NCBI GenBank assembly: GCA_963719515.1
Contig: CAVRCJ010000005.1
Coordinates: 227,948 to 291,947, forward strand
Direction: 5' to 3'
DNA: 64,000 nt
Source of the DNA: an uncultured cyanobacterium
GTDB lineage: Bacteria > Cyanobacteriota > Cyanobacteriia > CAKZMO01
This document shows positions 1-9,555 of this stretch, in pieces. Numbering within the stretch: position 1 is the first letter of the stretch; every line of letters starts with the position of its first letter. Below the pieces are notes generated by a model. That model worked only from the letters and a program-made list of their open reading frames with translations. It made no database searches and was not told the DNA's origin. Made by a program: the position numbers and the translations under genes.

Positions 1-1
1 A

Positions 2-1921
2 GCGCCTCAGCAAAAGGCGCTAGTGCAGATCATGAAAGAGCCTACGGGCAACAAAGGCCCCCGACTGACGGGCAACGTCAGTCTTCCGGGTCGCTACCTG
101 GTGCTGATGCCCTTTGGTCGAGGCGTCAATCTGTCGCGACGAATTCGCAACGAGGGGGAGCGCAACCGTCTCAGGGCGCTCTCCATTTTGCTGAAGCCCG
201 CCGGGATGGGGCTGCTGGTGAGAACTGAAGCGGAAGGGGTGCCTGAAGAGGCCATCATCGAAGACCTAGAGGCACTGCAGCAGCAGTGGGAAATTGTGCA
301 GCAAGAGGCGGAAACCACGCGCCCCCCCAATCTGCTCAACCGAGACGACGATTTCATTCAGCGCGTGCTGCGCGATGTTTACAGTGCGGACGTCAACCGG
401 ATTGTGGTCGACTCTCACCCTGGCTTAAAGCGAGTTAAGCAGCATCTAACGACGTGGAATGGCGGGCGATCGCCCCAGGGTGTACTGATTGATCACCACC
501 GCGATCGCGCCCCTATCCTCGACTTTTTCCGGGTCAATGCGGCCATTCGCGAGGCGCTCAAGCCTCGGGTGGACCTGCCGTCGGGGGGCTACGTCATTAT
601 TGAGCTTACCGAGGCACTGACGGTAGTTGACGTCAACTCCGGCTCGTTTACCCGCTCCGCCACTTCTCGGGAAACCGTACTGTGGACCAACTGTGAAGCG
701 GCCACCGAGATCGCTCGCCAGCTGCGGCTGCGCAACATCGCCGGGGTAATTATTATCGACTTTATCGATATGGATGCCCGCCGCGACCAGCTGCAGGTGC
801 TTGAGACCTTCAACCGAGAGCTAAAGTCCGACAAGGCTCGTCCTCAGATTGCTCAGCTCTCTGAGCTAGGGCTTGTAGAGCTCACCCGCAAGCGCCAAGG
901 ACAGAACATCTATGAGCTCTTTGGTAAAAGCTGCCCGACCTGCGGTGGATTGGGCCACTTGGTTCACCTACCGGGAGAGGCAACGCAGCCATCAAACCTG
1001 GTAGCAGAGCCCGTAGAGCAGCATATTCCCCAGCAGCAGCAGCGGGTGATTACTGTAGGAGAAACTCGCGAATCAATGTCCACCGCCGATCGGGACAGCG
1101 CTGTGCCCGTGAAGGCGGCTCCAGCGGTGGTGGAAAATGGAGACGCGCAGCCCTCGCCAGAGCGTAGTGGAGGACAAAACCGCCGTCGCCGCCGTGACCC
1201 GAGCGTGACAGCGGCTAAGTCTGCGCCTCCGGTAGAAGTTACGCCCGCTCCGCCAGTCGAATCAGAAGACAAGAGCAGCAACGGCTCGGTTAAGGTGAAA
1301 GGGCGCGCTGAGAAAAGCGATCGCAGCTCCCGACGCGATCGCCCCTCAGAGCCGCCAGAAGTGGTCGTCGTTGAAATGACGCCTCAAGAGCAGGAGATCT
1401 ATGCCCTGATGGGCATCTCCCCTCTAGTCCTGTCGACAGAGACGGTCAAAAACCCCAAGACGGCAATCGTCAGCGTTGCCGCCCCCGGAGAGCAGGGGCA
1501 AGTCAAGCAAATGATTATGGCAGAGGTGCTTCAGTCTCAAGGCGTTGAGCCTGCGGACACAGGGGCGAAGAGTGAGCCTAAAGGTCTATCGCCCCGGGAG
1601 AGCGACTCAAGCCAGCCCGTAACGACCAACGGTGAGGCGGTCCCGCAGCGCAAAGTTATCCAGATTCCGTCTCCCCAGAAAAGCGAAGCGGCTCCTGTGC
1701 CCAGCCCAAACCTCAGCCCCAGCAGCGTCAGCGAACCCGTTCCCGAGCCGACCGTCAGCGCACCCACCTCTAGCGCGCCGATCTCTAGCGCGCCAATTAC
1801 CAGCGTGCCGGAGGAGCCAACCCCCGCACCAACCCCCGCGTCAGGTGGAGACGATGCCGCTGACGATACAGGCAAGACCCGCCGCCGTCGCCGCCGGTCT
1901 TCAGCCTCCAAGGAATCCTAG
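2..1921 (+). CDS. rne: Ribonuclease E/G (5'-truncated by window edge)
   Basis: Motifs KEPTGNKGPRLT, DVNSGSF, RQLRLRNIAGVIIIDFIDM, LVELTRKR and Zn-link CPTCGG; low-complexity C-terminus ending in an Arg-rich RRRRRRSSA tract; frame is open to the window start; followed by rnhB. Confidence 0.95.
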   Translation, partial: APQQKALVQIMKEPTGNKGPRLTGNVSLPGRYLVLMPFGRGVNLSRRIRNEGERNRLRALSILLKPAGMGLLVRTEAEGVPEEAIIEDLEALQQQWEIVQQEAETTRPPNLLNRDDDFIQRVLRDVYSADVNRIVVDSHPGLKRVKQHLTTWNGGRSPQGVLIDHHRDRAPILDFFRVNAAIREALKPRVDLPSGGYVIIELTEALTVVDVNSGSFTRSATSRETVLWTNCEAATEIARQLRLRNIAGVIIIDFIDMDARRDQLQVLETFNRELKSDKARPQIAQLSELGLVELTRKRQGQNIYELFGKSCPTCGGLGHLVHLPGEATQPSNLVAEPVEQHIPQQQQRVITVGETRESMSTADRDSAVPVKAAPAVVENGDAQPSPERSGGQNRRRRRDPSVTAAKSAPPVEVTPAPPVESEDKSSNGSVKVKGRAEKSDRSSRRDRPSEPPEVVVVEMTPQEQEIYALMGISPLVLSTETVKNPKTAIVSVAAPGEQGQVKQMIMAEVLQSQGVEPADTGAKSEPKGLSPRESDSSQPVTTNGEAVPQRKVIQIPSPQKSEAAPVPSPNLSPSSVSEPVPEPTVSAPTSSAPISSAPITSVPEEPTPAPTPASGGDDAADDTGKTRRRRRRSSASKES

Positions 1922-1969
1922 GGAAAGCTTTTGGTCAGGCCGTGTTCCTATGCCTGCGGCACCGTACGG

Positions 1970-2587
1970 ATGGACCGTATTATCGCAGGCGTAGACGAGG
2001 TTGGCAGGGGAGCGCTATTTGGGCCAGTGGTAGCCGCCGCCGCCATCCTGCCCGCTGCAGTCCAGCCCACGTTGGTTCAAGCTGGGGTCACCGACAGCAA
2101 AGCGCTCTCGCCTCTGCGCCGGGAAGAGCTCTATGACCAAATTCTAGCTCTTTCCGTCTGCGCCGTTGGCATGGCCTCTGTGCAGGAAATTGAGCGGCTC
2201 AACATCCTGCAGGCCTCCCTTTTAGCGATGCGGCGGGCCGTTTGGCGGCTGAAACTAAAGCCTACCCACTGTCTAGTAGACGGCAATCAGCTCATCCCTA
2301 AGCTAGGAATTGCGCAGAAGACCCTCATCAAAGGCGATCGCCGTTCGCTGGCAATCGCGGCGGCCAGCATCGTGGCTAAAGTGTGGCGCGATCGGCTGAT
2401 TATCCGGCTCGCGGAAAAATATCCCGACTACGACTTAGCCTCTAATAAGGGATACGGTACGCCAAAGCATCAGGCCGGTCTGCGGGAACTTGGACCGACG
2501 CGCTACCACCGCCTTTCGTTTCGGACCTGTAGAGAGGCAGTGACGGCAGGTTCTAATTCGACATCCCAGCAGGGTCAGTTGTTTTAG
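1970..2587 (+). CDS. rnhB: Ribonuclease HII
   Basis: IAGVDEVGRG, DSK, LVDGN, IAAASIVAKVWRD, NKGYGT motifs. ATG at 1970 preferred to the track's TTG at 1931. Confidence 0.95.
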   Translation: MDRIIAGVDEVGRGALFGPVVAAAAILPAAVQPTLVQAGVTDSKALSPLRREELYDQILALSVCAVGMASVQEIERLNILQASLLAMRRAVWRLKLKPTHCLVDGNQLIPKLGIAQKTLIKGDRRSLAIAAASIVAKVWRDRLIIRLAEKYPDYDLASNKGYGTPKHQAGLRELGPTRYHRLSFRTCREAVTAGSNSTSQQGQLF

Positions 2588-2597
2588 CAGCAAAGCC

Positions 2598-2627
2598 ACA
2601 GGGGGCGCAGCATGCTGCGCCCCCTGT
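2598..2627. terminator. Perfect 30-bp palindrome between convergent rnhB and typA (bidirectional terminator or REP-like element)
   Basis: ACAGGGGGCGCAGCA|TGCTGCGCCCCCTGT read directly; no U-tract on either side. Confidence 0.55.
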
Positions 2628-2662
2628 AGTGCGACTCCAAGTTTTGCAGCAGGGCAGTTGGC

Positions 2663-4456
2663 CTAGCGCTTCTTCGCTAGCTTCTTAGACATCTTCCTCA
2701 AGCGGATAGACTCTGGCGTCACCTCAACGAGCTCGTCGGGGCCAATGTACTCAAGCGCGCGCTCTAAGCTCATGTCTACAGGAGTCTGCAGCTGCACCAG
2801 CTCATCGCCGCTCGCCGCTCGGTGGTTCGTGAGCTGCTTTGTCTTGCAGACGTTAAGCTCTAGATCCTGAGGTCGGTTGTTCTCCCCAATGATCATGCCC
2901 TTGTAAACCTTGACGCCAGGCTCGATGAAGAAAGACCCCCGGTCCTCAGCGTTCTTGAGCGCGTAAAACGTTGCAACCCCCTCCTCAAAGGAAATCAGTA
3001 CGCCGTTACGCCGCGTATCTAGGTCACCCAGCATGGGCCGGTAGTCAAGGAAGCTGTGGTTCATGATGCCATCGCCCCGCGTCAGCCGCATGAAGTCACC
3101 CCGAAAGCCAATCAGCCCCCTTGCTGGGACAACAAACTCTAGCTGAGTGCGACCATTACCGCCCGCCATCATGTTTTGCATTTCTGCTTTGCGCTGGCCC
3201 AGCCGCTCGATGCATCCCCCCGTAGACTCATCAGGCACGTCTAGCACCAATAGCTCGTAGGGCTCGCAGGGCTGACCGCTGATTTCGCGAAAGATTACCT
3301 GCGGCTGAGAGACCTGAAACTCGTAGCCCTCTCGGCGCATGGTCTCGATTAAAATGCCTAGGTGAAGTTCGCCCCGGCCTGAAACCGAAAACTTATCCGG
3401 CGTGTCTGTAGGCTCAACCCGGAGGGCTACATTGGTCTCTAGCTCACGCTCTAGGCGATCGCGCAGCTGACGAGAGGTCACAAAGTCACCTTCTTGACCG
3501 GCGAAGGGAGAGTCGTTGACGCAGAAGGTCATCTGCAGCGTCGGTTCGTCGACGTCAATTAGCGGCAGCGCCTGAGGATTTTCCGGGCAGGTAATCGTCT
3601 CGCCGATATTGGCGTCGGAGAAACCTGCCACCGCCACTAGGTTTCCAGCCTCTGACTGATCGATTTCGATGCGCTGTAGCCCTTCAAAGCCCAAAAGCTT
3701 TGTGATCTTGGACTTGACCGTCGAGCCATCGGCTTTGATCAACGCCGCCTGCTGTCCCGCTTTGATGCGACCATTGTGAATACGACCAATGACAATCCGA
3801 CCCAAGTAGTCAGAATAATCTAGCGTCGTTACCTGCAGCTGTAAGGGCTTTTCAGCATCTCCAATCGGTGGCGGAACGTGGTTGACGATTGACTCGAACA
3901 GCGGCCCCATGTCCTCGCTATCGCTCTCCATGTCAGTTTTGGCGTAACCATCTAAGCCAGAGGCAAACAGGTAGGGAAATTCGCATTGGTCGTCGTCAGC
4001 CCCCAGTTCTAAAAATAGGTCGAGGACTTTGTCAATCGCACCGTAGGGATCGGCCTGGGGGCGGTCAATTTTATTGACGACCACGATAGGCCGTAGCCCT
4101 TTCTCTAAGGCTTTCTTGAGCACAAACCGCGTTTGGGGCATCGGCCCCTCGTTGGCGTCGACGATCAAAACGCAGCCATCCACCATCCCCAGCACTCGCT
4201 CGACCTCACCACCGAAATCGGCGTGACCCGGCGTATCAACAATGTTGACGCGCTTATCCTGATAGCGAACAGCCGTGTTCTTCGACAAAATGGTGATACC
4301 ACGCTCACGCTCCAGCGTGTTTGAGTCCATCACGCAGTCTGGGACTTCCTCACCCTCACGGAAAATGCCTGACTGTTTCAGCATGGCATCGACCAGCGTG
4401 GTTTTGCCGTGGTCGACGTGAGCAATAATGGCGACGTTACGGATCAAAGAAGTCAT
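2663..4456 (-). CDS. typA: Translational GTPase TypA/BipA
   Basis: [72 protein letters not shown]-terminal [17 protein letters not shown] at 4456. Confidence 0.97.
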   Translation of the reverse strand: MTSLIRNVAIIAHVDHGKTTLVDAMLKQSGIFREGEEVPDCVMDSNTLERERGITILSKNTAVRYQDKRVNIVDTPGHADFGGEVERVLGMVDGCVLIVDANEGPMPQTRFVLKKALEKGLRPIVVVNKIDRPQADPYGAIDKVLDLFLELGADDDQCEFPYLFASGLDGYAKTDMESDSEDMGPLFESIVNHVPPPIGDAEKPLQLQVTTLDYSDYLGRIVIGRIHNGRIKAGQQAALIKADGSTVKSKITKLLGFEGLQRIEIDQSEAGNLVAVAGFSDANIGETITCPENPQALPLIDVDEPTLQMTFCVNDSPFAGQEGDFVTSRQLRDRLERELETNVALRVEPTDTPDKFSVSGRGELHLGILIETMRREGYEFQVSQPQVIFREISGQPCEPYELLVLDVPDESTGGCIERLGQRKAEMQNMMAGGNGRTQLEFVVPARGLIGFRGDFMRLTRGDGIMNHSFLDYRPMLGDLDTRRNGVLISFEEGVATFYALKNAEDRGSFFIEPGVKVYKGMIIGENNRPQDLELNVCKTKQLTNHRAASGDELVQLQTPVDMSLERALEYIGPDELVEVTPESIRLRKMSKKLAKKR

Positions 4457-4833
4457 AGGAGTTCTCGAGATGGAGGACAAGATACGCGTAAGGAAGAACA
4501 GGGAACGGCGATCTTACCGCAGCTACCGCAGTCGGACCCGTTGCTGATTTGGAATAATTACGGTTGAATTGAGCGCAGCAGTACAGATTGCAGTCACGCA
4601 CCAGTCACAATCACGCTGCAGCATGAGCTGCCGCACAGTATGACCTCATATGAAGAAGCCTTAACAATTTTATCTCAATACGTTACGAATTGCCCACAGG
4701 CCGAAACAGTCCGGCTCTTCTCAATGGGTCAGGTGATGCCAGTTAACTGCCGATCACGCGCCTATTCCACAGGCGATCGCCAAAGGCCGCGCTGGTCAAT
4801 CAGGTTCGAAGGGTCCGGTGCCTCTGAGTTTGA

Positions 4834-5322
4834 TTACCACGGTTCAGACTGACAAATTTCCAGCATCCGCTCGTCGTTTGCGCTCAGCCCCTCCATCGCG
4901 TTTAGCCCTTCAAGACCAAGATCTAATGGTGCTGCAGCTTCTGAGGCGAAGACGCTCTGACGCTCAACTAGGGCAATCTCGTAACTGACCGTGGTTTGTT
5001 CGTAGCTATTGCGAATCGTTACGGCTAGGCGATCGCCTTCGACCTGGCCCTGAAAGCAGTCGAACGACGAGTAGGGCATGTAGAATGCACCCGTAACCTG
5101 GCCTTCACGGGCAGCGAACACGATGTAGATCGAGCCTACCTGCTCAGGTTCTGCCGCTTCTCCAAAAAGGTAGTGCCCTTCTGGAAACCGAAGCTGACGG
5201 TCTGAGGCGATCGCGATCCCTCCTATGGGCAAGCTCATCAGAAACGCCAGAAAAGCGCCCTGCCACCTTCGTCCAAGGCGAAAGAGGTAAGGGTAGGGCT
5301 GTGTGTTTAAATGCTTCACCAA
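4834..5322 (-). CDS. Conserved cyanobacterial hypothetical, probably exported
   Basis: 162-aa ORF with an N-terminal hydrophobic segment and motif GHYLFGE..EPEQVGS.Y.VF...GAFYMPYSSFDCF; start uncertain. Confidence 0.7.
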   Translation of the reverse strand: MVKHLNTQPYPYLFRLGRRWQGAFLAFLMSLPIGGIAIASDRQLRFPEGHYLFGEAAEPEQVGSIYIVFAAREGQVTGAFYMPYSSFDCFQGQVEGDRLAVTIRNSYEQTTVSYEIALVERQSVFASEAAAPLDLGLEGLNAMEGLSANDERMLEICQSEPW

Positions 5323-5585
5323 ATCCTCTCAACTGCCAGCCCGGTGCTGACCACTAGCAAGTGTCCTGATGCGCTGAGACACTCACGCGCTGCGTCGCCT
5401 GTGTCGCGTAGTGCTCTGAACTAAAAGTTCTGTTTCAGGCGATACAGCTAACGCTATATATTTAACCTTATCTAAAAACAGAAGCCGACCCAGGACGCTG
5501 CTTACAAGACTTCACAGAAGAGCTCGGTGCCCTAGGTGGCCAGATGGGATTCGTTATTTTCACTCAAAAATTCTGAAGCATCAGG

Positions 5586-5614
5586 AAAAAGCGCCCCGGT
5601 GCTTACGGGGCGCT
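5586..5614 (-). terminator. Rho-independent terminator of the sigma factor gene
   Basis: 9-bp stem AGCGCCCCG (5590-5598)/CGGGGCGCT (5606-5614) followed by a T-run on the minus strand, about 35 nt past the stop. Confidence 0.75.
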
Positions 5615-5648
5615 CGAAGCGGCGTCGATTTTACTCAGACCGGTAGGA

Positions 5649-6638
5649 CTAGCTGGCCAAGTAACCTTTTACCGTAGCTTTGCGGCGGCGTAGGTGATCT
5701 AGCGCCTGACGCTCAAGCTGACGAACGCGCTCGCGGCTAATGCTCATCTGCTGTCCCACTTTGGCAAGTGAAAGCTCGCGGCCATCGCTGAGGCCAAAGC
5801 GCAGGGAAAGCACCTCCCGCTGCTGCGGCGTCAGCTCAGCCATCAGGTTGTTTAGATCCTGTCGCAGAAGCTGCTGAGTCGCATAATCTTCAGGAGAGGC
5901 GTCTTCATCCTCCAGCAGGTCCTGCAGTTCGGTATCCTGATTGTCTCCCACCCGCATATCGAGGGACACGGGCTGACGAGACATCAGCAGGTACTCGCGG
6001 ATTTGGGCGGGCTCTAGGTCTAAGGCTGCTGCAATCTCAGCTGGATTGGGAACCCGCCCCAGCTCTTGGGTCAACTCGCGCTGCACCTTCTTGATCTTGT
6101 TGAGCTTCTCAGTGATGTGAATTGGCAATCGGATGGTGCGAGCCTGCTGAGCGATTGCCCGAGTGATGGCCTGTCGGATCCACCAGTAGGCATAGGTTGA
6201 GAACTTATAGCCCCGCGTGGGATCAAACTTCTCGACCCCCCGCTCAAGCCCCAACGTACCTTCCTGAATTAGATCAAGAAACTCCAGGTTGCGCTTTTGG
6301 TACTTTTTCGCGATCGCAACGACCAGCCGTAAGTTGGCCTCAATCATCTGCTTTTTAGCGTGCTGGCCTTCACGAAGAACTGCGTTGAATTCATCGGCCT
6401 CTAAATCAGATGCTGCTTGCCATTCTTCGGAAGTCGGCTCACGCTCAAGCTGACTTGTTAAATCATTCTTAAGATCGAGAAGCTGCATCATTTTTTGAAC
6501 CCGCTTCCCGTAAATGATTTCTTGCTCATGGGTAAGCAGGGGGACTCGGCCAATCTCATGCAGGTAGGTTCTCACCATATCTGCAGTAAACATTGGGGCT
6601 TCTTTTCTCTTTGAACGGCTAGACGTCTTTGTGGGCAT
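5649..6638 (-). CDS. sigB: Group 2 RNA polymerase sigma-70 factor (SigB-like)
   Basis: FTADMVRTYLHEIGRVPLLTHEQEI (region 1.2 as in cyanobacterial SigB), ANLRLVVAIAKKY, DLIQEG, GYKFSTYAYWWIRQAITRAIA, SRERVRQLE; no region 1.1. Confidence 0.88.
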   Translation of the reverse strand: MPTKTSSRSKRKEAPMFTADMVRTYLHEIGRVPLLTHEQEIIYGKRVQKMMQLLDLKNDLTSQLEREPTSEEWQAASDLEADEFNAVLREGQHAKKQMIEANLRLVVAIAKKYQKRNLEFLDLIQEGTLGLERGVEKFDPTRGYKFSTYAYWWIRQAITRAIAQQARTIRLPIHITEKLNKIKKVQRELTQELGRVPNPAEIAAALDLEPAQIREYLLMSRQPVSLDMRVGDNQDTELQDLLEDEDASPEDYATQQLLRQDLNNLMAELTPQQREVLSLRFGLSDGRELSLAKVGQQMSISRERVRQLERQALDHLRRRKATVKGYLAS

Positions 6639-7716
6639 TAGGGAACTACCTCATCGAGCAGTGAACGTAAAAATAGAATAAGTCGAATGAAATTTGAAAC
6701 AGCTAAGCGCTCGAAGCGTCAAACCAGACTAGCTAAAGAAAGAACTGGGCGGCTAAAATACTGCGTGAGCTATGCAATTGACCGGTAAGTATACTCTCAG
6801 GGCAGATACGCCGTCAAGTGCTGCGCCGGCATCGTAACTGTGGTGAATGAATACCCTCGCAGCCTAGACAGCCGTAGGCCAAGAGATAGTCTGGTCGGTC
6901 TAAACAAGAGGACGCTCAAATGGCCTTTAACTGCGCCGTCATGCCGATGCAGGCTCGGCCACAATTTAGGCAATCAGATGGCTGGAAGCAACCCGTTAGC
7001 GCCACACCTTAACTGCATTAGATACAGCTAGGAGCACCCTAAGGATGTAGAGCCAAGACGACCTGAACCAGCGCCTTTGAATCTACAGAGGCCTGAGTAG
7101 GTAGACATTTGAGCAATCCCACGCCTCAAAACAGATTCGAACGCTTGCCTATACATATAGTATAACCGATGTCGAAGTCGTTATGAGTTTAGCTTGATTA
7201 CGTGCCATTACAACTTTACGAGCTACAACAGAGAATGCATTCATCCAATGGGATGAGGTTTTACAAATGTTTATTTTGGCTACTTTTTGAAAATATAGCC
7301 TTACTTGAATGTAGCCCCGAAGGCTTAGAAAAACATTAAAGGAATAGGTAAAGTTTGCTGATAGGTTCGATGTCAAGCTCTAAGAGCCGCTCGAGCTTGA
7401 TAGCGCCAGAGGAGGGTACAGACGTAATTTTCCATGGAGCAAGTCGACGATTCAAGGGTCGCTTTGGAATAGGGGGTTTAACCCATGACTCAAGCCTCTA
7501 AACGAACTCAGCAACCGGCTACAACAGCACCCAGGTAAATCCTGATTGTCAATGTACTGCTAGGGGGTTACATAATATTGTGGACGAAGAGGCCGTTTAG
7601 AAACACTGCCGGGGATGAGGAGATAACCGAACAAACTAGGGGAGATCTGAGCGTCGTCATAGTTTGCAGGTAGAGTTCAACTCTCACGCCCCCCGGGGCG
7701 ATCGCCCTCAACAGCT

Positions 7717-9447
7717 CTAAAATCCCAAATCTAGGCGCGCGGTCTCTGCTTCCCGCAAAACCTCCGCCGTCGGTCGCTCTTCCCAGTCGGGTTCGGCAAC
7801 GGCGCTGTAGAAAGTTTGGTCGTAGGGACGGGTGCGCACGACCACAGGCATAGGAACGGCGTGCCCAAGCAGCAGGGCCTGCTGCTTGGAGTCCAGCTTT
7901 GCCAGCACCGAGCGCAGGCTTTGACTGCCTGAAACTCCGGTAAAAATTGCGTCGATGTCTTTGTCGTCGTTGAGCAGTGCCGTAATTCGGGTGCCAATCT
8001 GGGACATCACCTCGGTGTCAATCCCTGAAGGCCGCTGGTCCACCACAAGCAGCGTGACAAAGTATTTGCGCATCTCGCGGGCGATAGTGCCAAAAATCGT
8101 CTGTCTGACCGTGCTCGAATCCAGGAAGCGATGGGCCTCTTCGATAGTGATCACTAGGGGCTGGGGGCGATCGCTGGGGTTCTTGGTCTGTAAAAACTGC
8201 TCGGCTTTGCGCACGTAGCTGCCGTGAATGCGGCGGGAGATGATGTTGGTGGCCAGCATGTAGGACAGCAGATTGGACTGGGAGCCAAACTCGACCACCA
8301 CATGCTTACCCGCTTCAAGGGAAGACAGAATCTGCCCGACGCCGTCTTGAGGGCAGCTGTTGCGAATATATTTTAGGTCGTCTAGTCGGGTCAGCTTGCG
8401 CTGCAGCGCCATAATAGACGACTTGTTTCCCATTTTGGTCTCGCAAAATTCCTGAATTTCTTCATTACTCATAGACAACAATCTGGTGATCCAAGAGCGC
8501 CCAAACTCGTTGCGTAAAATAATGGCGTTTTCTAGGCTGGCCTCCGACAAATTCAGCTCCCCCCGCACCAGCATCAAGTCCTCAACCTCAATTTGGTTGT
8601 AGCTGATGTACAAATCCTGCGCGTCGCGGACGCCTCGCCGCTGGGTTGACTCACTGTCGAGGGTGTAAATCTGCACCTGGGAGGGAAACAGCTGCCGCAG
8701 CCCTTTGACGGTGCTAAAGCTTCGACCCTCCTGCACCGCCTCCCAGCCGTATTCCGAATGCATGTCAAAGATGAGGTTGACGGCGGCCTGCTTACGGATG
8801 ATTCCCGACAGCAGCAGCCGCGTCAAAAACGACTTGCCGGTGCCCGACTTACCAAAGATGCCGTTGCTGCGCTCTACTAGTCGGTCTAGGTCAAGGCAAA
8901 CCGGCACGTCCATATCGATGGGTTGACCGATGGCAAAGTTGCGCCGGGTGGGATCGTCTTCCCAACCAAACACGGCGCGAAAGTCGTATTCTCTAGCCTC
9001 AAACACCTGGCTAAAGTGGCTGGGCACCGTTTTCACCGGCAATAGCTCCATTTCGGTGCTGGTTTGGGCCTGATACGACGCCGCCCCGTTTTGCGTTTTG
9101 CTGGACGTCTCACCCTCAGTGGCCCTACTGCGAGCGCCCGATGCCCCAGGCTCCGGATTGAGCATCAGCATGGGGGCCAGCTCGACGGTGCCGTAGGTGC
9201 TGCTGCCCGCCAACACCTCCTGCATGAACCCATCGCCGGGCTCGGGAGGGCTCGCGGCGATGCGGTCGCTGGTGGTGCCCAGGGCAACGTCGGTCAGCAG
9301 GCAGAAAAACTGCGATCGCTTGCCGTGGACGACTAAAAATTTGCCGACGCGCATATCTTCGATGGAGACATTGGCGTGGAGCCGCACCTCTAGCCCCTTG
9401 CTCAGGGAGCCTTGAACAACGACCCCAAGAGGATGATCTAGCGTCAT
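7717..9447 (-). CDS. HerA-family ATPase (HAS-barrel plus DUF87-type P-loop domain)
   Basis: N-terminal GVVVQGSLSKGLEV barrel, Walker A GKSGTGKS, FDMHSEYG, Walker B TIEEAHRF, IAREMRKY, DQRPS. ATG at 9447. Confidence 0.85.
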   Translation of the reverse strand: MTLDHPLGVVVQGSLSKGLEVRLHANVSIEDMRVGKFLVVHGKRSQFFCLLTDVALGTTSDRIAASPPEPGDGFMQEVLAGSSTYGTVELAPMLMLNPEPGASGARSRATEGETSSKTQNGAASYQAQTSTEMELLPVKTVPSHFSQVFEAREYDFRAVFGWEDDPTRRNFAIGQPIDMDVPVCLDLDRLVERSNGIFGKSGTGKSFLTRLLLSGIIRKQAAVNLIFDMHSEYGWEAVQEGRSFSTVKGLRQLFPSQVQIYTLDSESTQRRGVRDAQDLYISYNQIEVEDLMLVRGELNLSEASLENAIILRNEFGRSWITRLLSMSNEEIQEFCETKMGNKSSIMALQRKLTRLDDLKYIRNSCPQDGVGQILSSLEAGKHVVVEFGSQSNLLSYMLATNIISRRIHGSYVRKAEQFLQTKNPSDRPQPLVITIEEAHRFLDSSTVRQTIFGTIAREMRKYFVTLLVVDQRPSGIDTEVMSQIGTRITALLNDDKDIDAIFTGVSGSQSLRSVLAKLDSKQQALLLGHAVPMPVVVRTRPYDQTFYSAVAEPDWEERPTAEVLREAETARLDLGF

Positions 9448-9555
9448 AATGCCGGTAGCCCGTGAACAGTTCAGCGGTGACAATACCAATGTACTGTACA
9501 TTCTGCCTTGCTTACAGGCTGTGTCTTTCGCTGCTGAATGTCAGAGCGTTATCAC

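Noticed and set aside
7717..9447. HerA ATPase as part of an anti-phage system (Sir2-HerA, HerA-DUF4297)
   Set aside because: No Sir2, nuclease or NurA partner is adjacent, and it looks like the widespread cyanobacterial HAS-barrel HerA type.
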